The notes beneath the pieces are model-generated. The model was not told the origin of the DNA. It worked only from the letters and a program-made list of their open reading frames with translations, and did not search any database. Below, piece by piece: positions 50,056 to 60,851 of a stretch of 64,000 bases of DNA. Source of the DNA: an uncultured Nitrospiraceae bacterium (lineage in GTDB: Bacteria; Nitrospirota; Thermodesulfovibrionia; Thermodesulfovibrionales; SM23-35); NCBI GenBank assembly GCA_963727775.1, contig CAVSHB010000004.1, positions 160,001 through 224,000 of the forward strand. Reading direction: 5' to 3'. The stretch's first letter is position 1. Every line of letters begins with the position of its first letter. The translations under genes were made by a program, and so were the position numbers.

Positions 50056-50376
50056 ATGTTTAGAAAACTGAAAAATAATTTTGACAATGGCATCGAGAAG
50101 ATAAAATGGTTTTCATCACTGTTTTCGGACAGGTTGAAGATCGAAATTTCGGTGATGAAACTGCTTTTCCAATCAGAGCAGATGGAGAAGAAAAGGGACG
50201 AATTAATGAAAACAATCGGCCGGCGTGTCTATGAACTAAAGGAGCATACTGACAGGCTCATACTGAAAGACAGGGTCATCATGGATACCTTCAGCGAAAT
50301 CGAAAAAATAAGTAATGACATAGAAGCAACAAAAAAGAAGGCATCGGAAATCAGTAACATAGAGGGGCAACCATAA
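50056..50376 (+). CDS. Hypothetical coiled-coil protein
   Basis: 106-aa ORF, AAGGA RBS, helical charged composition. Confidence 0.6.
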   Translation: MFRKLKNNFDNGIEKIKWFSSLFSDRLKIEISVMKLLFQSEQMEKKRDELMKTIGRRVYELKEHTDRLILKDRVIMDTFSEIEKISNDIEATKKKASEISNIEGQP

Positions 50377-50435
50377 ACAGGGAATAATCCGTTAGCTCAT
50401 TCTCAAGGGTTATTCACTCTCTATAGTTCGTAATA

Positions 50436-51212
50436 ATGCATAATACATTTTTATATATCATTGTCTTTCTATTCGGTTCTGTTGTCGGCTCATTCCTTAA
50501 TGTATGCATATACAGAATGCCGAGAAAACTGTCGATAATCTTACCGTCATCTATGTGTCCTTCCTGCAACATGCCCATCAAGCCCTATGATAATATCCCA
50601 TTATTGAGCTTTCTGTTCCTGGGAGGCAGGTGCAGGGTATGCAAGGCCGGCATACCGTTCAGATACCCTCTGGTTGAGTTCCTGAACGCGGCATTATATG
50701 TTTTAGTGCTGTGGAGATTCGCGTTCGGCCTGCATACCGCTGTGTACTTTGTATTCTGTTCGGCCCTTATCGTGATAACCTTCATAGATCTTGATTTTCA
50801 GATCATACCCGACAGAATTACCTTACCGGGTATCCCGATAGGACTTATAGCCGGGTCTTTTCTTTTGCCTGATCCGTTTATGAGATATTCTCTGCTTGGA
50901 TACAAGGCCTCAATTATCGGGTTTTTAATAGGAGGCGGTCTATTCTATGCTGTTGCTGTTTTGAGCAGAGGCGGCATGGGAGGCGGAGACATCAAGATGA
51001 TGGCAATGGTCGGCTCTTTGATGGGCTGGAAATCGGTGCTCCTGACAACGTTTCTCGGCAGCCTTACGGGGGCTGTTCTCGGAGTATCCCTTATGGTCTT
51101 TAAGGGCAAAGGGAGAAAGACAAAGATCCCGTTCGGTCCGTTTCTTGCCTTCGGTGCGCTTGTTACGCTTTTCTACGGGCAGGAAATACTTTACTGGTAT
51201 TTAAACAGGTAA
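50436..51212 (+). CDS. pilD: Prepilin peptidase/N-methyltransferase
   Basis: GSFLNV, CPSC, CRVC, FIDLD, GGGDIK, PFGPFL. Confidence 0.93.
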   Translation: MHNTFLYIIVFLFGSVVGSFLNVCIYRMPRKLSIILPSSMCPSCNMPIKPYDNIPLLSFLFLGGRCRVCKAGIPFRYPLVEFLNAALYVLVLWRFAFGLHTAVYFVFCSALIVITFIDLDFQIIPDRITLPGIPIGLIAGSFLLPDPFMRYSLLGYKASIIGFLIGGGLFYAVAVLSRGGMGGGDIKMMAMVGSLMGWKSVLLTTFLGSLTGAVLGVSLMVFKGKGRKTKIPFGPFLAFGALVTLFYGQEILYWYLNR

Positions 51213-51220
51213 GAATTCAG

Positions 51221-52453
51221 GTGAATGCAGAGATACTTTTATATTCTTCCATACTCCTTATCGCTGGCATAATTTTTCTTTACTTCCTCAGACTGTTTCT
51301 CAGGCTTTACAGGACAAAGAAAAACGAGGAGAAGAAGGATGTGTCCCAGGTCGGCTTTGTCGTTGACACCTTTCATGATCTCGTGTCCCAGCTTAAAGAC
51401 AAAGAGAGAGAGCTTGAAATCCTCAAAAAAAAAGCTGAAGACAGGGCTATAGCAATCGAAGGGTACAATGAAAATATTCTGCAGAGTGTACCAAGCGGCG
51501 TAATCAGTTTCGATGATGAAATGAGAATTACAAAAATGAACATGTCCGCGGAGAAAATACTTGAGGTTAACATTGATAAGGTCATTGGGAAACATTATAC
51601 CGACATATTAAACAAGCCCATAACCGATTTCCTTACGGAAAAGAAAACCATCGAAAGGGGCGAGACCGTTTATACAACATCGTCCGGCAAACGTATATGG
51701 CTGGGGCTTACCCTCTCTCCGTTAAAAAACAGTGAGGGCTCAACTATAGGCCGGATACTGATTTTTACGGATCTTACACATCTCAAGGCAATCGAGTCTC
51801 AGATAGCGCTGAGGGACAAGCTGTCTAGTCTCGGCGAGATATCCGCCGGGATCGCGCATGAGTTAAGAAACCCCATGGCAGTGATAGCCGGCTATACAAA
51901 GATTTTATCAAAAAAAGCGGATACATCGTTAAAACCCTCTGTTGATGCCATATCAAAAGAGATCATCGTAATGGACAGGATCATCTCCGACTTTCTTTCA
52001 TTTGCAAAACCCGCCGAGCTCAGTATCTTCAATATCGACCTGAAAACCATGATCGAAAGCTGCGCTTCATCAGTTACGGGAGACAGGAAAGATATCGTCC
52101 TGAAACTAGAGATTGACACCCTGCCCTCAATAAAAGGTGATGAGGTATTGCTGCGGCAGGCGTTTATAAATCTTATGCAGAATTCGATCGAAGCCATGCC
52201 ACAGGGCGGCGTTCTAACTATAAAGGCAATTAGAGGCGATTTCCTGGATATATTCATTTCTGATACGGGGCATGGCGTTTCAGAAAATATGCAAGATAAG
52301 ATATTCCTGCCTTTCTTTACCACAAAGGAAAAAGGAACCGGCCTCGGACTTGCAATAGTTCACAAGATTATCGTGTCCCACGGCGGCAGCATTACCGTTG
52401 AAAGCAACGAAAAAGGAACGACATTCAGGATACGGTTGCCTTTGTTGGAATAA
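51221..52453 (+). CDS. Membrane-anchored PAS sensor histidine kinase (NtrB/PilS-like)
   Basis: TM helix, PAS, AHELRNP, NL..N, DTG.G, PFFTTK, GTGLGL. Confidence 0.9.
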   Translation: MNAEILLYSSILLIAGIIFLYFLRLFLRLYRTKKNEEKKDVSQVGFVVDTFHDLVSQLKDKERELEILKKKAEDRAIAIEGYNENILQSVPSGVISFDDEMRITKMNMSAEKILEVNIDKVIGKHYTDILNKPITDFLTEKKTIERGETVYTTSSGKRIWLGLTLSPLKNSEGSTIGRILIFTDLTHLKAIESQIALRDKLSSLGEISAGIAHELRNPMAVIAGYTKILSKKADTSLKPSVDAISKEIIVMDRIISDFLSFAKPAELSIFNIDLKTMIESCASSVTGDRKDIVLKLEIDTLPSIKGDEVLLRQAFINLMQNSIEAMPQGGVLTIKAIRGDFLDIFISDTGHGVSENMQDKIFLPFFTTKEKGTGLGLAIVHKIIVSHGGSITVESNEKGTTFRIRLPLLE

Positions 52454-52618
52454 ACACTCACGAACCGATTCGATTTTTTTGATTCCTCTTGTACTCGGAA
52501 AGCTCTGAATTATAATATCCTCGTAACCTGAGGTAACCCGGCTTATTTTCGGCGTACCATACAGACAGAACTGGTCTGGTAAGATTTTACGGACTCCTTG
52601 AATATTTGGAAGAGCACT

Positions 52619-54205
52619 TCACTGTAAAACACCTGTAAGCAGATTCCTTGCTACACGAAATTCAAGAAGCGGCTTGTCATCGGTGTTGAGTGGTATACCA
52701 GTCAGATTTCTTAAGAAATCCCGCGTTTGATCCGGGTCTTTTGATAAAACAAAGTCCAGAGGAAAACCGCTATTGTTAAGCACTTCAACGCGCCGAATAA
52801 TCTCTTCGGAATTATATGCAAAAGGATTATTGGATCCGACCAGAAGAATATCCAGAGAATGCTTTACCGCCCAGACATATACATATTTGAATGCCGTACC
52901 GAAGGTCTTTACCATCATGCTTACGTCGGCGTCTCTAAGCTGATAATAGGGCAGCCACTGGCAATAGACGCCGCCGGGATTCAGCTTTGAGGAGGCCAGC
53001 TCGTAAAAGTCTTTTGTGAAAAGGTTGCCGACGGACGATTCCGTAGGGTAGGAAGGTTCCGAGGATATGATATCGAATTTCTTATCTGTAAGGAGCAGAA
53101 AATTACGGGCGTCATTGACTGAAATCTGAACGTTATCGAGAATTCCAGGTGGACCAAATCTTCCGACGGCCTCAAGAACTCCGCGATTGATTTCAACCAA
53201 ATATGTGTCTTTCACATGTTGCTTAGCCGCATTCAGCGTTACGCCGGCCCCCAATCCGATCGTGAGAAATGACTCGGGTCCCCGGTGGGATGCAATCGGA
53301 AGATACGCAAGTAAAAGGGTATTGACCATGTCGATTAAGGAAGTTCCTTCGATCTTCCCTCCCACCTGCAATACAAGAAATCCGCCTTCATTTCTCCATA
53401 GCTTAACCCTGCCCTCCATGAAGTCTTTGTCCATGAGAACAGTCGATCCTGCGCGTTCTTCTTCCAACTGTTTGTAATCTTGATATCGCTGAGCTATATA
53501 GTATGTCATAGTCCACTTGTCTTCCCGGGAAATAAGCGCAGCCGACAAAGGCGCAGCCACAAGGATTATTAACCCTACAATCAAAGCGCCTTTCAACCTG
53601 GCTCTTGACAAGCCGGTCATGGTCAAAGCGACGAAAATATTGATGCATGCCGCCGTAACTGCGGCCATTCTTGTGCCGAAAACAGGCATAAGAATAAACC
53701 CGGCGCAAAAGGATCCAATAATTGCGCCGAATGTATTGAAGGAATATGCATTGCCAACTCCCCTGCCCACCTCATCGATAGATGTGGTTACCTTCTTGCT
53801 AACTACGGGAAAAGTTGCACCCATCAAAGTGGTTGGGATAATCATGACAATAGCGCATAGTAAAAACTGAAAGAAAAAGTAGATGGATGGTGTAAGATGG
53901 AATGCTTTATAAATCTTAAAGTAAAGTGGCGGGAGTAGATGAATGAGAGGAATCGTGACAAGACCGAAGATGCCGATGCCGAGTTCAAGAAGTCCAAAAA
54001 TCAGCAAGAGATTCTTGCCCCTGTCTGCAAGCTTTCCGCCTATGAACCCACCTAACGCTAAACCGGCCATAAATGTCGAAAGGAGTGTAGATAACGCATA
54101 AGTCGTAGATCCCAGAATTATTGACAGTGCCCGGGTCCATACGACTTCATAGATAAGGGCGGCAGCGCCGGAGAAACCAAATGCGACAAGTAAAATCCAT
54201 CTCAT
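52619..54205 (-). CDS. Fused membrane domain/spermidine synthase-like protein
   Basis: SGAAALIYEVVW TM region; IGLGAGVT, VEIN, DAR, FDIISSEP. Confidence 0.85.
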   Translation of the reverse strand: MRWILLVAFGFSGAAALIYEVVWTRALSIILGSTTYALSTLLSTFMAGLALGGFIGGKLADRGKNLLLIFGLLELGIGIFGLVTIPLIHLLPPLYFKIYKAFHLTPSIYFFFQFLLCAIVMIIPTTLMGATFPVVSKKVTTSIDEVGRGVGNAYSFNTFGAIIGSFCAGFILMPVFGTRMAAVTAACINIFVALTMTGLSRARLKGALIVGLIILVAAPLSAALISREDKWTMTYYIAQRYQDYKQLEEERAGSTVLMDKDFMEGRVKLWRNEGGFLVLQVGGKIEGTSLIDMVNTLLLAYLPIASHRGPESFLTIGLGAGVTLNAAKQHVKDTYLVEINRGVLEAVGRFGPPGILDNVQISVNDARNFLLLTDKKFDIISSEPSYPTESSVGNLFTKDFYELASSKLNPGGVYCQWLPYYQLRDADVSMMVKTFGTAFKYVYVWAVKHSLDILLVGSNNPFAYNSEEIIRRVEVLNNSGFPLDFVLSKDPDQTRDFLRNLTGIPLNTDDKPLLEFRVARNLLTGVLQ

Positions 54206-54775
54206 ATTAATTTTTAGTTTAGTTCACCTTTAAGTTTTTAAGCAACTCAAATTGTTCTTTAATTCGTCTTTTTTTCTACGGTACCAAAAAAGGAGAAGAC
54301 ATCAAGTAGAAAAGATTTTATTTTTTTAACGCTCCCTCACCAGTACCCCAGACTAACCCTATTCTTAGTTTAGAATTATCATGATGAACCTTATCTATCC
54401 ATTTCTGGACTAATATTAAGTCTGCAGTCATAATGACTGCCTTCTTAAATTGTGGTAATTCGGCGCCCATCTCTACATAACATTACACTTGGAAATCAAT
54501 AAAAAATAGTAATATAGCCCAAAAATCGTAGAATATAAGAAAGACACTGCTCTCTTGGTTGAGCCCTGTTAACGCTCTAAAATGTCTTGCCCGGCGATAT
54601 AGGTAGTCCTTCCGTGAGCTTCGCTCAAACTTTTTTCGCAACTATGTATATACTGAAAAGTATAAAATATAGATGCTTCTTCTTTTGACACCTGTTTCAG
54701 CACAAGTTTTCCAAAGTCTAAATCTCTTGGCCAACCGTCTTGTTCCACTTCACTCTGCAAGATACTTGCACAGTA

Positions 54776-56049
54776 TGATGTAGGATGGAAAAAGTGGACA
54801 CCAAAGTCAGATAAAATAAATGAAAGACGGAGGTGTCAGAATGAAAGGGATTCCGCAGGGACGTTACACGAAGGAGTTTCGTGGGGAGGCAGTGAAGATG
54901 GTGTTAGCCGGGGGTATATCGTTGCTGGAGGCAGCTCACCGGCTGTCATTGCCGCCCTCGACGTTAGGGAACTGGGTCAAGGCGCATAAAGCTGGCAAGC
55001 TGGAAGATATAGGCAAGACACAGAAGCCACTGACGGAGCTAGAGATGGAACTGGCAAGGGTAAAGAAAGAGCTGGTAGAGACGAGAATGGAGCGTGATCT
55101 GCTAAAAAAAGCTGCCGCGTACTTTGCGAAGGAGTCGCTGCCCGGTACGCGCTAATGAAAGAAATGCGACTTCAATATTCAGTGCCGCTGATGTGCCGGA
55201 TATATAACGTATCGGCAAGCGGATACTATGCACACGTGACAAGGCCGCTTTCTAAGCGGGGGCAGGAAGACGCCCGCTTGGAGGTTGAGATTAAGGCTGC
55301 ACATAAGAGGACACGGCGGGTATGCGGCGCTGAGAGATTACAGAAGGATTTGGCAGACAACGGTATTGCAGTGGGTGTTTGCCGGATCAAGCGACTCAGG
55401 AAGAAGCTCGGTATACGCTGTAAGCAGACGAAGAAATTCAAAACTACAACTGACTCAAAACATACGCTTCCGGTGGCTGAGAACCTACTGGACCAGCAGT
55501 TTGAAGTATCCAGGCCGAACATGGCATGGTTGAGCGATATAACATATGTTTGGACCGATGAAGGATGGCTGTACCTTGCCGCGCACAAGGATCTTTTTAA
55601 CGGTGAGATAGTCGGATACGCAATGGGAGAACGGATAACGAAGAGCCTTGTAAGTCAGTCTTTATTCCGTGCCGTTGCAGCGAAGCGTCCAGGGAAGGGG
55701 CTGATTCATCACTCGGATCGCGGGAGCCAATATTGTGCTCATGATTATCGGAAGCTTCTTAATCAGTTCGGCATGACGGCATCAATGAGTAGAAAAGGGA
55801 ATTGCTACGACAATGCCCCGATGGAGAGTTTCTGGGGCACGCTGAAGCAGGAGCTTGTCCATCACAGACGCTACAGGAACAGACAAGAGGCAGTGCAGGA
55901 TATCACGGAATATATCGAGATCTTCTACAACAGGCAGCGCCGACAGGCAAGACTTGGATATCTATCCCCAGTTGCTTATGAGTATCAATTCTATGCACGA
56001 GAGCTGGCAGCATGAAAGGTTTGGTGTCCACTATTGACATCCGAGGTCA
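54776..56049 (+). mobile_element. IS3-family insertion sequence
   Basis: 30-bp IRs TGATGTAGGATGGAAAAAGTGGACACCAAA / TGACCTCGGATGTCAATAGTGGACACCAAA; flanks GTA/GTC. Confidence 0.92.
54841..56015 (+). CDS. IS3 transposase OrfA (54841-55155) / OrfB (-1 frame), frameshift at the A7 run 55104-55110
   Basis: RYTKEF HTH, LKKAAAYFAK; WLSDITY, HSDRGSQY, DNAPMESF. Confidence 0.92.
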
Positions 56050-56659
56050 GTCAACTATTCTATAGCCCGTTCCGGAAAAGAGTTTGAATATCTCATTCCA
56101 TGTAAAAAAACGAATGTGAGTAGAGTCCATGAGTCCATATTTGGTATAGCACCAATTTCCGTTTATCAATTGCAGAATAAGTGAAATATTTTGTGTATTG
56201 GGAATACTTGAAAGTATTTTGCCTTCAGGTTTTAGTATATAGCATTTTCCAGGGATCATAAAGATGCTCTAACACATCAGCGCAAACAATTAAATCAATA
56301 AATTTACGTTGCAGGTCCAGTTAGTTGTGCGAGCTCAACCTTTTCAATGTCACATAGCACAACTCGGTCAAGGCGAGTATCAGCAACAGTGACCGCACTT
56401 TTGTCTGATTCCACGCCGATGTAATGCGTACTTGGATATTTTTTCTTGACGAGCTCGCCAAAGGCACCTCTACCACAACCAATTTCGAGTACTTTCTTAG
56501 GTGCCTTTTCAATGAATTCAAGAAGCTCGCTGCGAGGATTATCACCGTAATCGCCGGGATGTTCTTTTAAAGGCGAATAGTAAGGTTTCATTTTATAGGC
56601 TCTATCCAAAAATTTTATTCAATCTGCCAAAAAAGAAGAAATATTCATCCGGCAATACC

Positions 56660-58087
56660 CTATTGTTCATGTCCGATAGAAAGAGGAAGCGACTTCTTGC
56701 AGATAAAAGCCCAGTATTCATCCGGCCCTGCCATAACTTGAAACTTCATTTTTATTTGATCAACTATTTCGAATCCCGTCCTCGAAATTAGCTATCCCCA
56801 CATCTCTTCCGTTAGAACGCTGTAATGATTCACATTTGTCTCATGATGACAGGCAGTATTTGGTGCCGGAACTTCAATATAAAGATAAGAACCGCCCTTT
56901 AATACACGATAAAATTCAGACAAGGTGAAGAATGGGAAGATGCTGTGTTCGATGCAGTGTCGCGCCCAGATGAAATTGAAAGATTCATCAGAAAAATCCA
57001 AAAACGACTGGTCCATGTTATAAACTTCATGCCCTTTTCCCTTACATGCTTGAACGTCGTCATCACTTATAGTTATCCCGACTGCTTCATATCCCTTTGC
57101 CTTAAATAAGTCTAAAGCGGGGTCCTGTCCGCATCCGACATCGAGTATTTTTGCATCTTCCGAGATGTAATGCTTGCTTGAAAAATTTTCAAGCATTTGT
57201 TGGGTTATTTGCGAATGCAAGATGCTTGGAACCTCCGGATAAGCTTGCCCTTGAATTTTTCTTATGAAATCTGAAAGCCGTTTAATGCCTTCTGCCTGTG
57301 CATCAGGTGCCAACCGATTCCCACTTAGACTTTTCTCAATCGATTTCTTCATGCTATTTTGCGAGATAATCGGATGCCATTTTGCTATAAATTTTCTTCT
57401 GTTTTCCGAATATATATCATTTCGATGAACCTCTTTTCCAAAATAGTTAATTGTTAAATCCGGGTTTGCGGAGATTCCCCAATGATGTTCAAACTCTACT
57501 ACTGGAACTGCATAACAAGCAAGCCCATTTTGCATCAGCTGCAGCCCTATGTCCCACTCCTCAAAAAAACATGGGCTGAAGCGAACGTCAAACATCAGAT
57601 TATGTTCCAAAAATCGGTCAAGATGGACAGCGAAAAAGAATCCCGAAACGGCATGGCACTCTATCGGCTGATCAAAAGTACCTTTATTAAAATACCTCAA
57701 ATCACATAGATTTTGAAAATCAATGTGCGCCCCTTGCGGGCCTACAATTGCGGCCCTGTCCAAAGAGAAAAGATAGGATTCGATTTCTGTAATCGCTTTT
57801 GGCAGCACGTGGAGATCGGCATTGAGAATAAATACAGCCTTACCTTCAGCCAAATTAAGACCGATATTCCATGACCTGCTCACTCCCGCATTGAGATTGT
57901 TATAGCAGTATTTATCTATCCGCTCGTGTGAGTAAAGTTCCTGGTAAACCTCGTGACTGTTGAAAATGCAGATGACTTCACCTGATACATGCTTAAGGTC
58001 TTCGAGCAATGTCCTTATATTATATGGACTGTGCGGAGAGAAGTCCAGAACGGGAATAACAAAACTTCTTTGTATCTTAGTTTTCAT
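56660..58087 (-). pseudogene. GT2 glycosyltransferase-methyltransferase fusion with premature TAG at 56794-56792
   Basis: NAGVSRSWN, LNAD, FFEEWD; LDVGCG, RHCIEHS; frame continues past TAG as LISRTGFEI...DEYWAFICKK. Confidence 0.7.
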
Positions 58088-58233
58088 AAACTACTCTTTT
58101 CTATCAGAAGCATATGTAAGACTTCACTATTTTGAGGTTGTTTCTTTAATATTTTTCTGTATAGAGATTCTGCTTGTTGTAAGTTTCCTGCTTGATGATG
58201 CTCTAAAGCGGATTGGATTGCCTTATTGATATC
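58084..58233 (-). pseudogene. TPR N-terminal fragment
   Basis: MDINKAIQSALEHHQAGNLQQAESLYRKIL, paralogous to the start of the 58722 ORF, truncated. Confidence 0.6.
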
Positions 58234-58721
58234 CATTAGTTCAAATGATGCAAATGAAGAAAAGTAATGTCGATTACCAGCCAAAACATATAATATTTTA
58301 ACAAATTTTGGCTTTTGCGTGTTACACCTCTGGGGACAAGAAAGCGTTTACGCATCCGGCGGAATCATTATTAAGAAAATTAAAAAAGATAAAGAAGAGC
58401 AAAGTAGAAAACAAAACACAAACAACTGTCGAGGGAGTTCGATTTGAGGAAGCTGAATATTTGTATGGAAGAGGGCTTGACTTACAGGAGAAAGGTCTCT
58501 TTAACGAAGCATTGCTTGTGACATAAGGTGCCCGCAGCAGAGACTGCAGGGTATATGAATTAATCTAACTTATAGAAGTCGAGGTTCAACATCTCACCCT
58601 TTTTTGTGTGTAGTTCCCGCAGTCAACATATGATAATTTGTCAAGAATATTGTATATTTCTAATGATAACTAATAAACCACAACTTTTTTTAAAATTATT
58701 ATTTATAGAAAAAGATAACCG

Positions 58722-60851
58722 ATGAATCTTAATAATGCAATCAAATCAGCTTTAGAAAATTTTCATGCAGGTAATTTACAACAAGCAGAAATTCTCTTTA
58801 AGAAAATACTAAAAGTTCAGTCAAAAAACTGTGCTGTTCTCAATTTTCTTGGAGTTATAAATTATCAACTCAAAAATTATGATTCTTCAATAGATTATTA
58901 CAGAGAAGCACTTCGATGTGCTCCCACAAATGCCGATCTATATTACAATCTTGGGAAATCTTACCAGGCCAAAGGACAACTCGATGACGCTGTAATGTTT
59001 TATCAAAAGGCAATACAGCTCAACCCAAGCCTTGTTGAAGCATATTACAATTTAGGTACAGTTTGCCAAGACAAAGGACGACTCGATGACGCTATAATTT
59101 CTTATTCAAAAGCACTAACGTTCAACCCAAACCTTGCAGCTGCATATTACAATTTAGGTACAGTTTACCAAGACAAAGGACAACTTGATGATGCTATAAT
59201 GTTTTATCAAAAAGCACTACAGCTCAACCCAAACCTTGTTGAAGCATATTGCAATCTAGGAGCCACACTTAGAGACAAAGGACAACTTGATGATGCTATA
59301 AAATATTTACAGAAAGCTTTACAGATTAACCCAGGCTTTACTGATGCATATTACAATTTAGGTTTGGCATTAATTGAGCATGGAAAGTTGGAAGAAGCAA
59401 TAGCTGCTTTTGATATGTCTCTTTACCATAAACCTGATTATATCAAAGCTCTATGGGCAAAATGCATATCACATATCCCAATAATTTATATAGCACAATC
59501 GGAAATCTCAACTTCTCGTAATCATTATTATAATGACTTGATAAAATTACGACAAACGATAAACCTTAGTATTAAGCAAGATATTGAAGATGCCGCAGAA
59601 GTTGTTTGTAATATACAGCCTTATAATTTGCCCTACCAGGGCTTAAATGATAAAGAACTGCAACGACTTTATGGTGAATTAGTCTGTAAAATAATGGCCG
59701 CGAGATATCCAGACTATGCAAATCCACCTAATATCCCACCTCCCTTATCTGGAGAATCATTAAGGATTGGAATTGCATCTGGCTTTTTTTATCTCCATTC
59801 AAATTGGAAAATTCCTATCAAAGGTTGGATCGAGAACATTGATAAAAAGCGTTTTGATCTTTATGGATACCATACTGGAAAAATTAAGGACAAAGCGACT
59901 GACGATGCAAAGCACTCATTTACTCACTTCATTGAGGACATCTATTCTTTTGAAGAATTGTGTAAGACCATCAGAAAAGATAATCTTCATGTATTGATCT
60001 ATCCAGAAGTTGGCATGGATCCAATGATCGTAAGGCTTGCAGCATTACGCCTCGCTCCTATTCAGTGTCTTTCATGGGGGCATCCTAATACTTCGGGCTT
60101 TCCGACTGTCGACTACTTCCTCAGTAGCGATCTCATGGAACCTCCTGATGCTGACGATCATTATACTGAAAAGCTTATTCGCTTATCAAATTTATCCATA
60201 TATTACACACCCTTAGATTTTACTATTACAGAGGTTAATCGTGAAACCTTTGGTCTTCGTCAAAAGTCCATCCTTTATCTTTCTTGTCAGTCCTTGTTTA
60301 AATATCTACCGCAATATGATGAGATATATCCACGTATTGCCAATGAGGTTGGCGACTGTCAGTTTTTATTTATTTCTCATAAAAGCAACTATATTACAGA
60401 ACGATTCCGATATCGTATCTCTCAATCGTTTAATAAGTTTGGCCTGACTGCTGATGATTATATTGTTTTTCTGCCTCAACTTGACGCAGGTCGATATAAT
60501 GCAATTAATTCTTTGTCTGATGTCTACCTTGACAGCATTGGGTGGTCGGGATGCAACTCTACTTTCGAGGCTATTGCCCATAATTTACCAATATTGACTC
60601 TTCCCGGTGAATTGATGCGTGGACGGCACAGTTCAGCAATTCTTGCCATGATGGGTGTGACGGAAACGATTGCTTCTACACAAGATGAATATATAGAACT
60701 GGCAGTTCGTTTGGGGTTAGATTCAGAATGCCGCAAACAGATATCTGATAAAATTGCCACAAATAAGCATCGTGTGTATCGAGATAAAAAATGTATTACA
60801 GCTCTTGAGGACTTTCTCGAACGTATTGTCAAAGAAAAGCTTAAGCAATGA
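58722..60851 (+). CDS. TPR protein with GT41 (O-GlcNAc transferase/SPINDLY-like) domain
   Basis: 34-aa TPRs; HSNWK, YPEVGMDP, RLAPIQ..WGHP.TSG, DVYLDS..WSG.NST. Confidence 0.88.
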   Translation: MNLNNAIKSALENFHAGNLQQAEILFKKILKVQSKNCAVLNFLGVINYQLKNYDSSIDYYREALRCAPTNADLYYNLGKSYQAKGQLDDAVMFYQKAIQLNPSLVEAYYNLGTVCQDKGRLDDAIISYSKALTFNPNLAAAYYNLGTVYQDKGQLDDAIMFYQKALQLNPNLVEAYCNLGATLRDKGQLDDAIKYLQKALQINPGFTDAYYNLGLALIEHGKLEEAIAAFDMSLYHKPDYIKALWAKCISHIPIIYIAQSEISTSRNHYYNDLIKLRQTINLSIKQDIEDAAEVVCNIQPYNLPYQGLNDKELQRLYGELVCKIMAARYPDYANPPNIPPPLSGESLRIGIASGFFYLHSNWKIPIKGWIENIDKKRFDLYGYHTGKIKDKATDDAKHSFTHFIEDIYSFEELCKTIRKDNLHVLIYPEVGMDPMIVRLAALRLAPIQCLSWGHPNTSGFPTVDYFLSSDLMEPPDADDHYTEKLIRLSNLSIYYTPLDFTITEVNRETFGLRQKSILYLSCQSLFKYLPQYDEIYPRIANEVGDCQFLFISHKSNYITERFRYRISQSFNKFGLTADDYIVFLPQLDAGRYNAINSLSDVYLDSIGWSGCNSTFEAIAHNLPILTLPGELMRGRHSSAILAMMGVTETIASTQDEYIELAVRLGLDSECRKQISDKIATNKHRVYRDKKCITALEDFLERIVKEKLKQ

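Larger units (their letters stand above)
54569..56590 (-). pseudogene. Class I SAM methyltransferase pseudogene (frameshifts plus IS3 insertion)
   Basis: LEIGCGRG (56304-56590); ADVLEHLYDPW in another frame; SIPN..DSTHIRFFT (56050-56259); RIVD|IS|YCASILQSEV continues in frame to 54569. Confidence 0.78.

Noticed and set aside
56792..56794. In-frame TAG as pyrrolysine
   Set aside because: No pyl genes in view, non-catalytic position, and neighbouring genes are decaying; a nonsense mutation is simpler.
58529..58554. CCCGCAG...CTGCAGGG hairpin as a mobile-element end
   Set aside because: Single imperfect hairpin; no partner end identified.
58960..59360. 102-bp periodic DNA repeats as CRISPR or DGR repeats
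   Set aside because: They are in-frame 34-aa TPR units; no spacers, cas genes or reverse transcriptase.
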